Assembly: GCF_963921235.1 (NCBI RefSeq)
Contig: NC_086118.1
Span: forward strand, 15,874,001 to 15,938,000
Direction: 5' to 3'
Length of the DNA stretch: 64,000 bases
From: Mobula hypostoma
Taxonomy: Eukaryota
Shown here: positions 1 to 45,594 of the stretch, piece after piece
Layout: each line of letters opens with the position of its first letter
Numbering within the stretch: the stretch's first letter is position 1
The notes under the pieces: model-generated
Database searches by the model: none
Told to the model about the DNA's origin: nothing
The model's input: the letters and a program-made list of their open reading frames with translations, nothing else
Made by a program: the position numbers and the translations under genes

Positions 1-720
1 AAATTAGGTTTTGGAGCTTGTTGCGTGCTACTGAGGGTATGAAGGTGTTGAATGTTGAGCTGTAATCAATAAACAGCAGCTTGACGTAGTTATTACTATT
101 GCACAGGTGATCCAAGGCCAAGTGGAGAGCCAGTGAAATTGCTCTGCTGTAGGTGGAGATGGGTAGGCAGATATTTAAAATGCCCTTAACCATGGGTGAG
201 ATGCCAGATGACTGGAGGATAGCTAATATTATGGTGAAAGGCAAATTACAGCAGGCTGGGGTCCTTGCTTAGAAAGGAGTTGATCCTATCCATGAACAAA
301 CTCTCCAAGCACTTCATCACAGTAGATCTGAGTGCCACTCAGCAATACTCATTGAGGCAGCTCGCCCTGCACTACTTGGCCACTAGTTCAATTTTCGCCC
401 TTTCAAAACAAGTGTGAACCTCCGACGGCAGCAGTGAGAGATTGGAAATGTCCTTGTAAACACTCCCACCAGATGGTTGGCACAGGTTTTCAGAGCTCTA
501 CCAGGTACACCATCGGGGCCTGATGCCTTGCAGGGACTCACCCTCTTGAAAGATGAACCGACGTCAGCCTTTGAGACAGAGATCACAAGGTCACCAGGTG
601 CTGCAGTGATTCATATAGGTGGAGTTTTATTCTCCCTTTCAAAGCAGGTATAAAATATGTTGAGCTCATGCAGGAATGAAGCAGCACACTTTGCTTCACT
701 TAGGAGAAAATAATAGCCTG
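1..720 (-). mobile_element. Degenerate non-LTR retrotransposon RT fragment (Rex1/L2-like), cut by the window edge
   Basis: Translation KASGPDGVPGRALKTC is the conserved 'K-A-x-GPDG' LINE ORF2 motif. Confidence 0.7.
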
Positions 721-977
721 CGGTCTCTGCCAGAGCTGATGAGCATATGATTCAGTTATACTCTGGGAACAGATGTACACCCAGCTGATCAGATTTTACA
801 AGTGTGGGCATGGATTGATGGTGGCATAAGTGCATTGGCTCCTCTGGTTCCACAGGTGATATGATTAAATACAGATGCAAAACATCTGGTTAACATCTGC
901 CCCATCTCTTTCAGCTTCATGCATAGATGACTATGCTGATCCTCAAGTGGTCCAATTTTGCTCCTTGTTCTCCATAT

Positions 978-1532
978 ATAGTACTGTACAAGATATATAT
1001 AGATACACACACACACATGCATACAAATGTTTGTACATACACACACATACACACACTGTAGCTAGGGTGGCTTTTGCACAGTGCTGTAGTAACTTCATGT
1101 ATTGTACTGTACTGCTGCCGCAAAAAAAAACAAATTTCATAACATATATGTGATGGTGAATCTGATATGGGTCTCTGTTGTGGACTGAAAATGAGAAGGG
1201 GACTGGGAGGGTGGGATCATGGGTTGGAAAAGGTGAAGTGTAAGGGGAGGGAGTGGAAAGCACAGGAGAGGTATTCTGGAATATCAATAAATTAATTGTT
1301 TGGAATCAAATGACTTTGCCTGGTGTCTCTGGGCTGGGTGCGCAGGCCCCCACCCTGGCACTCCTTCTCTGCCACACCCCTCCCACAGTGCTGCACGCTT
1401 GCCATTCCAAACATCCTTTGCTCCCACCAGATTTACAAACTCATTCTCCACTCCATGTTGACAAATATAATACCATGCCAAAGTCTCAGACACCCTAGCT
1501 ATATGCACCTAAAACTTTTGCACAGTACTGTA
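978..1532. mobile_element. Tc1/mariner-type non-autonomous element (MITE), copy 1
   Basis: TA-flanked termini resembling CAGTACTGTGCAAAAGT; homologous to 30988-31480 and 39562-40103. Confidence 0.7.
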
Positions 1533-1659
1533 TCTGTTGAATCCTTTGGGATTCTCCTTCTCCTTGTCCATCAGAGTAACCTGCTGTCTTCTTTCAGCTC
1601 TCTTGATTTCCATCTTACATTTTCTCTCGCTTTTCTTATACTCCTTGAGCGCCTCATTT

Positions 1660-1850
1660 GTCTACCCCACCGCGCCCCCCCCCCCACCTTTTTATTCAGG
1701 CATCTTCTCCCTTCATTCTCAGTCTTGAAGAAGGGTCTCAGCCCGAAACATTGACTGTTTATTCATTTCCCTTCATACTGCCTAACCTGCTGAGTTCCTC
1801 CAGCATTTTGTGTGTGTCACTTTGGATTTAAAACATCTGCAGACTTTCTC
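1660..1850 (+). mobile_element. Penelope-like 3' tail with degenerate hammerhead motif (1721-1756)
   Basis: Similar to the tail of the 57107-59882 element. Confidence 0.65.
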
Positions 1851-2308
1851 ATGCTCATCATTTGTTCCTTGCTGCCAGTATCTGCTCCACACCACTGTCT
1901 TGTTAACCAGGGGCACAATATCCCTCAAACAACAAGGTTCCCAAAATTTCTTAGCCTTGCCTTTTAATCTAACAGGAACATACACGCTCCATACTCTTAA
2001 ATTTCTCCTTTGAAGTCCTCTCACTTTCCAGGCATTTCTTTGCCCATTGCCACACCACCTCTAATTTTAGTTGTTCCTTTAATTATGAATAAATAAACCA
2101 TATTAAATGTATCTCATTTTCTCTATCACACACAAGAAACAGCAATCTTTTCAATCATACTGTAGAAACAATGAGAAATCCACACATTTTTAGGAACAAA
2201 TGGAGATTGCAATTAATCATTTTTGTCTATAATATTGGATAGTCAATAAATTTAGTTACAAATTAACATCAAATAAAGTGGATAAACAAGTATATAGATT
2301 GCAATGAT

Positions 2309-2314
2309 TTTATT
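2309..2314 (-). terminator. Polyadenylation signal AATAAA of MYH
   Basis: tttatt on the + strand shortly after the stop codon. Confidence 0.75.
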
Positions 2315-2389
2315 TTTCTTTCATTAAGTGATAAAGAAATTCACATTATGCTGATTTCCTGTAATCACTCGTGAATTTCCATGTTGGGC

Positions 2390-34741
<32,352 letters not shown>

Positions 34742-36059
34742 GTTTCTGGTTTAACTGTGTGTGAAAAAAAAAGAAAGAGCAGATCATCAATTTCAATTTA
34801 CCCCTTTCTGAATGATCAACACATAACTATTTACAGTCAAACGAAGTGGGGTGGAAGTCAAGAGACTTAGACTGCTCTCATCTTGTTGCATGTCAAGGTT
34901 AGTCTTGCTAACAGCGGTAACCTCAAAGTCAAAATTCAGAATGAGTACAAAGAGGCTTAGCCTTGTACATTTTCTCATTTCCCATCCCTGCCCTTAACTG
35001 GTTACTGTCGGAAAGTACCTTGAATCCTGCATCACAGAAGGGGGAATATGATGAATTTCAGTGAGCCTCCATACAGAATTGAGTGCCGTATTTTAAAAAG
35101 GATGTGGAGGCACAGCTGACAGTACAGAGAAAATTTTGAAAGGAAAGCACCTGAAAGGTGCAAGTGTGGAAATCAGGAAGGATAAAGACAAACATGTGAG
35201 AAAAAGACTGGTTGCCTGGTTGGTTACTTTGGCATTGTAAGTTGTCCCAGGATTAGGCTAGGATTAAATCAGAGGATTGCCAGGAGGTGCAGCTCGAAGG
35301 GCCAGAAAGGCCTAGTCCATGCTGTATCTCAATAAATAAATTAAAAATAATAATAGATTATAGCATTTTCCCTACCGCTGATGTCAGTTGGTTTCTTAAG
35401 ATTGTCGGAGTAAGGCGAGGTAGTGGGGATAAGCTCCTACTACCTATTAAATGCTTCCAATAGCATGCATCTCAAATAGCCTCTGACAACCAAGTCCAGT
35501 TCCTGGCCTTCATGTGTGGCTTAGCTACTAAGCCCAGTGGAACTGTTTCTACTGACAAGAGAAAGGGCAAAGGTGAGATTCTAGCATCTTATATCGATTC
35601 GCTTTCAGCAAATGTGGCTCGTAAGCTATGGTTGGTAGCTCATCTAGGAGAAGGAAAACTCTGATCTCAAACTTCTGCTGCTTTGTGGCTATACCCACTT
35701 ATGTGGGAAGCTTTGGGAGTAAACTTTGAGGAAAAACCTGGAGCTGAAGTCCCTGAGACAGTCCTACATTGATTTCAAAGCTGACTGGCATCTCCAACAA
35801 CACTTCTGGTGCCAGACTGTATCAGTTGCAGCAATCCTTTGGATTCATCAGCTGTGTGAAGCGAGGGAGCCTGCTGCATGGGCAACATCTCGCTCTCCAT
35901 ATTGTATTGCCCTGGCTTGCATATCACATAGACTGCTAAGACACAATATCCATGGTTTACCCTGACCAACACAGGGCCTAAGATGTCAGTTGAACAGACT
36001 GAGCATTATTTCCTTTGAAAAGAGAAGGCCGAACAAAATAACATAATAATGTCTGAAGA

Positions 36060-36545
36060 TTGGAGCAGGAGTAGGCCACTCAACCCTCTCCCCACAAGAC
36101 TGTTGCAAAATTCATTATGATTATTATTGATGTCTTCTTCTCTCACTTCATGAGAGCAGGAAGCCCTCAGTTCCCATAACTTTCAAAAATGTATCTACTT
36201 CCCCTTTAAATACCCCCGCTCCCAAACTCTCTGGCCTCCACATTTCTCTAGAGTCGAGTATTTCAAAGAATCTCCACCCTGTGTAAGAAAAAGCTCCAAC
36301 AAACTTCAGTTTTAACTGAACACCCCTAACCGTGTAACTATGTCCCTTCATTCCAGATTCTCCCAGAAGCGGATAGCTTTCAGCAGCTGCCCTATCATGT
36401 CTGCTGAGGATCTTAGATGATTCAACAAAATCACTCTTCATGCTTCTAAATGCCAAAATATCCAGGTCTAATATATTAGCTGTTCCTGACAACATAAATC
36501 TTTCATCAAGGATCTGATCTAGCAAATCTGTTTTGGACTGCCAGT
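36060..36545 (-). mobile_element. Old CR1 3' relic
   Basis: Degenerate ORF2 C-terminus (GVFKGEVDTFL). Confidence 0.55.
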
Positions 36546-37041
36546 CAACAGTGGCCTAATAAAGATTTAGAAAATTATGAAGAGTTTTGAAAGGGTGGAT
36601 GCAGGGAGAATGGTATCCAATAGAGGCCTCCATACAATTTAGTCACCTAAAAATGCAAATGGAAATTCAGAAGGAACTTTTATTAATCAAAACGGTAGCA
36701 AGATCAGTGAACACTCTGCCACGGTTAAGAAAGTGAAGGAGAAAGGAAGAGAATATTATGCTGAATTATCTAAATGAGGAAGACGGCAGAAGGCTTGAGC
36801 AGAGCACAGGAGCTGGCCTGGAACGATTGGCCAAATAGAGTGCTGCTGTTGCTACGTGACCTCTCACTAAAAATGCCACCACCAGTAAGACGCACTTCTA
36901 TTCTCTCTTAGTCTCACATAAGCCTGCATCTCTACACTGCACCAATATTCTCTGCATTGCCTGCTGCCAAAATGTATTGGTAAATAGGAGATTTCTGTCG
37001 GCATCATTAAATAGCCTCTTTAACAGAATGTAAGTGCCTAC

Positions 37042-37083
37042 CTGTTGGGACAACGGCAGAAACCTTGAGACCTGTTCAGAAAT
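37042..37083 (-). other. MYH: Candidate MYH non-coding exon 2 (5'UTR; acceptor at 37083 or 37071)
   Basis: T-rich tract with TTTTAG and AACAG acceptors, then CAG/GTAGGC donor; lies between the TATA box and the ATG exon. Confidence 0.55.
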
Positions 37084-37373
37084 CTAAAAACAAGTAGAAA
37101 AAAATAATTGCAGAAAACACAAAAGGGCAACATACAGATAAGCTTGAATAAAAGTATCTTAAATATATAGAAATAAAGCTGAAAATTTTTAGGTGTTATA
37201 AACTCAATCTGACATTCCAATAACATTAAAGAAAATAATGTAGAATCCATTGAAATACTAAATGATATTGATAAACATGTCTGAATGCTTCAAGTTATTG
37301 CAATACCTTAGAAAAATGTAAAAGCATCACTCCCCACACCCACCCAACAGTAGAGTTATTTCCAAATTCTTAC

Positions 37374-37397
37374 TTCGAAGGTTGACTAAGGAACCCA
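37374..37397 (-). other. MYH: Candidate MYH non-coding exon 1 (start approximate)
   Basis: Starts about 25-30 nt downstream of TATAAAA and ends at the donor GAA/GTAAGA. Confidence 0.55.
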
Positions 37398-37420
37398 GTC
37401 AGCATGGGACAGAACTGCAC

Positions 37421-37560
37421 TTTTATAGGGAGGTTCGTCTAGAGAGGCGTATCTTTTAATTGGTTGGCTTCATTTTGTTCAAATCATTTGCTATAATTTT
37501 TGCTATCATCTGATATAATTAGATATATTTTAATGGCCCATAAAATATTTCAACAATGTA
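37421..37560 (-). promoter_or_regulatory. MYH proximal promoter: TATA box (37421-37427), CCAAT box (37459-37463), upstream AT-rich tract
   Basis: CCCTATAAAAG and CCAAT on the minus strand, spaced as in skeletal MYH promoters, in a repeat-free island. Confidence 0.7.
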
Positions 37561-38604
37561 ATTCTGCATCAATCAGTCACCAGCCAACACTATCGTGTTT
37601 GCTCCTTTTGGCAGCGTTCAGTTTCATAAAAATTAATTCAAAGTCGACTTTCTCCGTGCACAGTATAAAACCTGCTGTAAGTGGATTTAGTTCTCTTTCC
37701 CCGGTACCTGGAGAAGATGACAGGGAAAACAAGAAAGAAAAAGTACAGCATTCACTTATAAAGAGTATGTTCTCCCAATATGCAAACCATATTTTATGCC
37801 TAACTATGCAGTTCAGATCCATATTTTTGATGTGTTTCAGACTTCTTAAATGGCGGCCAACTTGCAAAGGTGTCACTGTTTAATTGGTGTGGTCTACGTG
37901 TCCCCTGCTTGTCCATTACCTAAAACAGACTGGTGATTATGGTGGCACAGCAGCATAACATTACTTGCCATGAGGGAACATTTAGATCTGTCTCTTTTCC
38001 CTGGCCAATGATAAGGTTAACATTGTTGTAATGTTTCTGTTTTAAATGCGTTGACAGAGAATTCAGGGCACAGATGATACTGAATCTAGATTGGAAGGCA
38101 TCATTGGAGTTTCAAGGCACCATCCAAATGTATCAACCAGAATTACAATCTTAGAAACAGCCTTCTGCTTTCATTATCCTGTATAAAATCATCTTCAACT
38201 AATAAGTTAATGAATCCAAAAAATGACTAAATAGTTGTTCAATGATTCAATGGTTCCATTTCATATCAGTGAATGTATACACTATACAACCTGAAATTCT
38301 TTCTCTTCACATCCATGAAACAGAAAAACCCCAAAGAATGAATGATAGAAAGACATTCAAACCCCAAAGCTCCCCTCCCCTCCCATGCAAAAGTAGCAGC
38401 AAAGCATTAACCCTCTCCCCATTTTGATATGGATTTACATCAACAATGACCAGCTTAACCATTGTAATTTCATAGCAATAGCAACTCATTCTAATTTTTA
38501 CAAGTTGCTGCTTTTTGGGTTTGGTTATTCTTTACCTCAAGGTGAAACAAAGTTGCTCTTGACTTGCTTTCCATGTATGGCTACAGTTGTTGAATATCAC
38601 ATTT

Positions 38605-39510
38605 ATTAGACCATAAGATATAGGAGCAGAATTAGGTTTTTGGCCCATCAAGTCTACTCTGCAATTTCTTCGTGGCTGATCCATTTCCCCTCTCAGTCCC
38701 AGTCTCTTGCCTTCTTCCTTCATGCCCTGACACACCAAGAATATATCAACTTCTGCCTTAAATGTACCCAATGACTTGGCCTCCACAGATGCCCATGGCA
38801 ATGAATTCCAAGGATTCACTGTGATGTGTGAATGTATTTCTTTTAGCACTAATTATTCACTGATAACTTACACATGTGCATTGATTTCTTGCTCTCTCTG
38901 CAAAGCGAATATACCAGTTAACTTCCCCCTCCAAGTGCATGCCTTTTTTTATTTGATATGTAGTTGTACAAAGACTACATTCACCACTCTCTGGCCAAAG
39001 AAATTCCTCCTCATCTCTGTTCTAAAAGGACATCCCTGTATTCTGAGGCTGTGTCATCTGGTCTTAGAATCTCCCATAAGACAAAACATCCTCTCCACAT
39101 GCACTCTTTCAAGGCCTTTCAACATTCGATAGGTTTCAATGAGGTCACCTCTCATTCTTCTGAATTCCAATCAGTAGAGGCCCAGAGCCATCGAACACTC
39201 CTCATATAACAAAACTTTCAATTCCAGATTAATTTTCGTGAACCTCTTTTGAACTCTTAGCAATATCAGCACATCCTTTCTTAGATAAGGGGCCCAAAAT
39301 TGCTCACAATACTCCAAGTGAGGCTTCACCAGTGCTTTATAAAGTCTCAACATTACATCCTTGCTTTTATATTCTAGTCCTCTCAAAACGCATACTAACA
39401 TCGCATTTGTCTTTCTCACTACCAACTCAACCTGCAAGTTAATCATTAGCGACTCCTGCACAAGAACTCCCAAATCCCTTTGTATCTCAGATTTTTGAAT
39501 TTTCTCTCCT
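38605..39510 (-). mobile_element. CR1 LINE 3' fragment, interrupted at about 38822-38975
   Basis: LEYKSKDVMLRLYKALVKPHLEYC motif; (accataagat-type) tail. Confidence 0.85.
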
Positions 39511-39561
39511 GTAGTTTAACTTTCCTATGCTTGCTTGTATTTTTTTATAATCACCAACATG

Positions 39562-40103
39562 TAGTACTCTGCAAATGTCTTAGGCATAAATACTGTACAT
39601 AGCTAGGGTGCCCAAAACCTTTGCAGAGTACTGTAGCAATTTTATGTATTGCACCGTACCGCTGTCGCACAAAAAAAAACAAATTTCCTGACATATATGA
39701 ACGACCATAAACCTGATTCTGATATGGCTCTCTATTGTGGACTGAAAATGAGAAGGAGCCAGGGAGAGGGGAATCATGATTGGGAAAAGTGGAAGGAAAA
39801 GGGGAGGGAGTGGGAATAACCGGAGAGAAATTCTGTAATGATCAATAAACCAATTGTATGGAATCAAATAACTTTGCCTCTTGTCTCAGGGCCGGGTTTG
39901 TCATCACCCACACTACCCCCCACCCCGGCACTCTTCTTGCCCGCTATCCCACACCCCTCCCATGGCTCTCCACCTTTGCCATTCCCAACATCCTTTGATC
40001 CCACCAGATTTACAAACTGGGTCTCCGCTTCATGTTGACAAATACAGTACTGTGCAAAAGTATAAGGCACCCTATATATATGTGTCTTTTGCACAGCACA
40101 ATA
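39562..40103. mobile_element. Tc1/mariner-type MITE, copy 3
   Basis: Homologous to copies 1 and 2, with internal TIR copies. Confidence 0.75.
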
Positions 40104-40224
40104 CATGTAACTGTTCAGTGAATTTGTCAGTAATTATGTTACAGTTGCTTCTGTGTGTTTCAAGAAACTTCTTGGTTTTCAGTAGCTGATGTCACACCAT
40201 TTGAATCTGTTTAAGTTATAGGTT

Positions 40225-40436
40225 AGCTCGCTGATGGCTTCGTGGCATCAGCACCAGACTTTGGAGTGAAGGCTCCCGAGTTCGAATCCAGCTGGCTCCC
40301 TTGCATGCTTTCCATCCATGTTGGGTTAAGCGTCAAGCTAGCAACTTGGCCTCATAAAAGCAAGAAAGCCTGCTAAAAAAACGCCATCATGATGGCGTCC
40401 TAATGACTCCACTTGGAGTTAAGGGCTTTCTTCTTC
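40225..40436 (+). mobile_element. tRNA-derived SINE with TSD
   Basis: B box GTTCGAATCC, (TTC)n tail, flanked by AAGTTATAGGTT (40213-40224) and AAGTTATTGGTT (40437-40448). Confidence 0.75.
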
Positions 40437-41579
40437 AAGTTATTGGTTCATTGCTATCAATGGAATTTTGTTATCTCCAGTCTGAGTATAAGAAGACCAT
40501 GATTGCTTTTACCACTTCTTTTTCTTTATTCTTTCAGCTCCTCTTTTATGTTCATTCTCCACTCTTCTAACACTTAACAGAACAACCATAAGCAACGAGT
40601 TTTACACCTCATTCTTGACTTACCTTTAGATAACAGAAGTATCAGGATCCAACAGGGCCTACTGGTCACACTCACATTTGCTATTCCCCTAATCCAACAG
40701 GGCCTACTCTAGATCCAGAAAGCTGATCTTGCAGCTCAGATGATCCTGGAGCTGAGCTTTGGGGCCCTGATTGCCAGCAACACTTGCAATAACGTAATGG
40801 AATGATGAGAGTCGCACTGATGAAGGAAGACAGCAACAGAGCACATCAAGCAAATGGGCATCAAAAGTTGGCCAATAAAGTAATTACTAGATTGATCTCT
40901 TGGAAAGAATAAAGGGGTTGAACTAATTGATGAAGTAGGATTCAGCTGATTATAGTCAACTCCACTCGAATTGTGGATTTGCCCCGCTTGTATAATTCTC
41001 ACAGCTGCCTCAGTCTCTCACAAATCCATGGATCCCATGCAATATGAAGCCTTGCAGCCAGCTTCTGAAGAACTATGGTGATTACACCTATCATACACTA
41101 AAAGATGAACTTTTGATCTCCCAGTCTATTTCATAATAGCGCTTGCACTTTATTTGCACTGCACTTTGATATTCTGCATTCGGTTTTCTTTTTCCTATCT
41201 CAATATACTTGTATATGGCATGAACAACAAAAACTCTACACAGTTTCTTGGTACACTGACAATAGTAAATCAATCCAAGAGGGAGATCTTGAGGCTACAA
41301 TCACCTTCTAGCTTTTTGAAAGGATTATATAACTGTTACCTGTTACTCTTTCTGATAATCTGAGATATTTAATAGTATTTGAAATCAATTGAAATATTTT
41401 AAGTTAAAGATTGCAAGAAATACTTATTCTAAAACATATTTAATGTATAACAATTCATTAAAGTAATATTATTAAATAAACCAACACAAAACAGTATTTT
41501 TTGCATTTCTTTTCTATCTAGGTTGGCGGTCTGACACATTGAGTGTTTCGCTGGATATACCATCTACTGTATATGAACA

Positions 41580-42365
41580 GAAGGAATAAGAGGAGTAGGC
41601 CATATACCCCTTCAAGCCTGCCCACCATTCATTAAGATTATGGGTGACCATCTTCAGTACCTCTGCCTAATCTTCTGCATATCCCTTGGTTTCTTCAATG
41701 TCCAGAAATTTATCAGCCTCAATTTTGAATGAACTCTGGACTGAGCCTTCACAATCCTCCAAGGATTCTTTGCCCTCCAAGTGAAGGACTTACTGTTTAT
41801 CTAACTCTAAATGATCTATTTCTTATTCCGAGACTGTGTCCCAGGTCCTAGAATCCTTAGTCAGGGGAAATATCTGTCCTACATCTTAGTTTGTCAAACT
41901 TTGTAAGAATTTTGTAAGTTTCTCTCTCTTATTTCTAAACTCCAGATGATTTAGAGGCAGTCTACTTAATTGTCCCTCATGTGACAAACCTGCTATCCCA
42001 GGAATCTGTTCAGGTGTCTGCTGGATTCCCTCTATGACAGGAACATGTTTCCTCAGTATGAAGATCAAAAGTATACCCAGAATTCCAGATGTGATCTTAC
42101 CAAGGTCTGATACAATTATAATATGATATCCTTATTTCTGAGCTGGAAAATGGGAATAGTGTAGATGGGTACTCGATGGTTGGCATGGATAATTGGGCCC
42201 ATTTCTGGAGCATATGATCTCTATGACTGAATGATCAAACTCTATCTCAATTAGGCCAACATAGCATTTGCACTCCCAATACTAACCTATTGGCCTTCAG
42301 TGATTTGTGTATAAGCATACCTATGTCCTCTTGAACATCAACACTACCCAATTTCTCACCATTTA
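41580..42365 (-). mobile_element. Old CR1 relic
   Basis: Degenerate ORF2 C-terminus (IEGIQ...IPGIAGLSHE). Confidence 0.6.
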
Positions 42366-43482
42366 ACAATATTAATTTTTAAATATTAACTTTATTTGTC
42401 ATATGTACATTGAATCAAATCAGCAAGGATTGTTCTGAACAGCCCACAAGTGTCGCTATGCTTTCGGCACCAAAATAGCATGCCCAAGACTCACTAACCC
42501 ATACATATTTGGAATTTGGGAGGAAACCTCAGCACCTGGAGAAAATAGGGAGAATAGCCTGAAATGGAGACACCTGTTTTTCCCTTGTTAGGGAAAGAGA
42601 GAGCCTGTGGTATGTTGAATTAACGGGTGAACGAGTAGTCTTTGGGGTACTGCAAGTCTGTGTCTTTATTGATGCTTTGCTGTACACTTGAGTGCTCGGT
42701 GGAAGGTGCTGATGCTTTTTTTGCTGGAAGGGGAGGTAGTGTGTTACATACCTCAAGGAGATCTTGTGACTTTCTTGTGAGAATTGATGTAATGGTCTTT
42801 TTGGGGTCACTTGATGTAATTTTCCCACCAATGTGAGGTCACGTGATGACATGTTCACCACTGGTATAATGGTAATCCATGCATGGAGCCAAAACAGATG
42901 TGGGAGATCTTAAGTGAATTCTTTGCATTTGTATTTATTCAGGAGATGGACACAGAGTCTATATAAGTGAGGCAAAGCAGCATCAACTTCATGGACCCTA
43001 TAGAGATTCCAAAGGAGGAGGTGCTTGCCACCCTAACGTTTAATCGCTTGGCATGGACTAGATGGGTGGAGGGCTTGTTTTTGTGCTTTTTTTTCTATGA
43101 CTCTATTGTTCTACCTTCATTAATGTGCTTCGTCACATCCTCAAAGAATCTAATCAGGTTTGTGAGGTATGACCTGCCACCCACAAAGCCATGCTGATTA
43201 TTCCTAATCAGACTATTCTTCTCCGAATGCTCGTAAATCCTGTCTCTATGAATGTTCACCGATAACTTGCACACCACTGAAGAAAGACCCACTGGTCTAT
43301 AATTCTCAAGGTTATCCCTACTCCCACTCTTGATCAAAGGAAACATTTGCCACCCTCCAATCATCTGGCACTATTCTTGTGGCCAATTAGAATACATGTC
43401 ATTTCAAAATTCGCAGGAATCTCTTCCCTCACTTCTCATATAGTGGACAACATCCTGTCTGGCCCCGGGGAATGATCTATCC

Positions 43483-45452
43483 TAGGGGTTGCCAACCCAT
43501 TGATCACGATCGACCGGTCAATCTTTGAGACTTTCCCAGTAGATCCCAAAAAAATCAAAAATAAATACAAAAATACTGAATGTGAGCATTATAAAAATAA
43601 ATAATACTAATTAGGATAATGGTAATATAGCAATACTTTTGCTACAAAGATGTTTGTAAAGAGAGATTGTTTCCGGGTTGCAGGGCTTTGGTTCCGTTCT
43701 TTCTGCCTAGTGCGCGTGTGTGTAGCACCCCCGCCATGCACTGCGTTTTCAGCGTAGCTTGTGCTGCATCAAAGTGACCAATTAAATTAGATACGCAGTG
43801 GTCCCCAACCACCGGGCCGCGAAGAATGCAGCGGTACAGCAGCAGTCGGAACGCACCCGGTACATCTTTAAGAAAAAAGCCGAAATAAACAAGCTAACTA
43901 ATTAGGTGCCGCCCGGCACGTAAATGTCGGCCCAGATCAGAGGCAATTGCCGAGTGCGTCGCTTCTGATCTGGGCTGACATTTACGTACCAGGTGGCACC
44001 TAATTAATTAGCTTGTTTATTTCGGCTTTTTTTCTTAAAGGTATGCCCGGTGCGTTCTGTCCACCACTGTACCACTGCATTCTTCGTGGCCCGGAGATTG
44101 GGGACCACTGGATAAGAGTAGACTGTCGCAAACGTCAATATACGGCACTCACTCGTGATATCCTGATAGCAGGGCGGAGGCTCCACGAAAGAAGGCGAAA
44201 ACGTACAAATTTCATCCAGAATGGGAAGAGGAATTTCTATTTACCTTGGTGAAAGACAGCTGTGTATGTATGTTGTGCCACCAAACACAAGCACTGACTA
44301 AAAGAGGGAATCTGGAGCGGCACCACAACACCAAACACAGGGAATTTAAAGACACCTACCCCCCAAAGAGCGCAATTCGTGCCAGGAAAGTTGAGGAGCT
44401 GAAATCGGGGTTGAAGGCCCAGCAATCATTTTTCACAAAACATCCTGCTCAAAATAAGGTTGCTATTGAAGCATCATTTTGTGTAAGTCACCTTTTGGCT
44501 AAACACAAGAAGCCTTTTACAGATGGCGATTTATTCAAGGAAGCAATGGCCATTACCACAGAGACTGTTTTTAATGACTTTAAAAACAAAAACGACATCA
44601 CAACCACAATACATAATATACTGCTTGGCCCTGCAACAGTGACAAAGAGGGCAGAGTCACCGTCAGAGGACGTGGATATTTTTCACTACAATTCAATGAA
44701 TCCCTGGATATAATACAAACAGCTCAGCTTGTTGTATTTGTTACAATGGCTTTCCAGGATTTTACAACAAAGGAGGACTTCCTCACTCTTTTGCAATTAA
44801 AAGAGTGAACGAGAAGTGAGGATGTTTACAATGAGTTTAAAAAATATGTCCGTGAAAATGACAACCCCATTCATAAACTGGTGGCAATTACTACTGATGG
44901 AGCCCCAGCAATGCGCAGTGTGCACGTTGGTTTTATAGCACTGAAAGTCAGTGCCTACTTCGGGTCAACTTATCTATGTGAAATTGCATTTTCACAGATG
45001 AAAAATTATTAAGTCTAAGTACAGGAGCTGTCTTACTGATAGACACCTCACAGTCTGTCTCAGACTGGCTGTCTGTAGTTATGAGCCAAATTTCAGGGAA
45101 CTAACAATAAGCATTCAGCCCCAGTCATCACACTGAGTGCAATAGTCAATTTTTATTCATTTATTTTTCGTGTTGAAATAAAATTAAATAATGAAACTTA
45201 GAATTAAAAGTATGAAGTATTGTAATATTCTTAAAGAAAGATATGCTAGTTACAGTGTTTTCTTGTTTGAATTAATTTGAAAGTTTGACAAAAGTATTTT
45301 GTGTAATTCAAATGCAATTAGCCCAAATAAAAGGCCTCAAATTGGCAGTACAATCTGAGCTGTTTTTTCTCTAAACGGTTTAGTAGGTAGATCTTGCCTT
45401 TCACTAAGTTCGAGGTAGGGGATCTTGGGCTTAAAAAGGTTGGTGACCACTA
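43483..45452 (+). mobile_element. Internally deleted hAT (Charlie/GTF2IRD2-like) DNA transposon
   Basis: TIRs TAGGGGTTGCCAACC and GGTTGGTGACCACTA, 8 bp TSD ATCTATCC (43475-43482, 45453-45460); BED-finger remnant CMLC...RHH..KH, TTDGAPAM, GSTYLCE.AFS. Confidence 0.92.
43796..44110. mobile_element. Palindromic hAT-type MITE nested in the hAT element
   Basis: CAGTGGTCCCCAA...TTGGGGACCACTG; nearly the whole 315 bp is self-complementary. Confidence 0.85.
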
Positions 45453-45594
45453 ATCTATCCTAATGTTTTTCAAAAGTTCCTGTATTTCCTCTTTCTTAAC
45501 ACCTACATGTTCTAGCATATCACCCTGTTTACACTGTCCTCACAACTGTCAAGGACCCTCTCACAGGTGAATACTGAAGCAAAGGAAGCAAGTT

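Larger units (their letters stand above)
43095..45585 (-). mobile_element. CR1 RT fragment split by the hAT insertion (43095-43482 and 45453-45585)
   Basis: NYRPVGLSSVVCK and QHGFVGGRSYLTNL motifs; sequence resumes after the hAT TSD. Confidence 0.75.

Noticed and set aside
44246..44713. Domesticated GTF2IRD2 or ZBED-like gene
   Set aside because: It lies within TIRs and a TSD, and is internally deleted and frameshifted.
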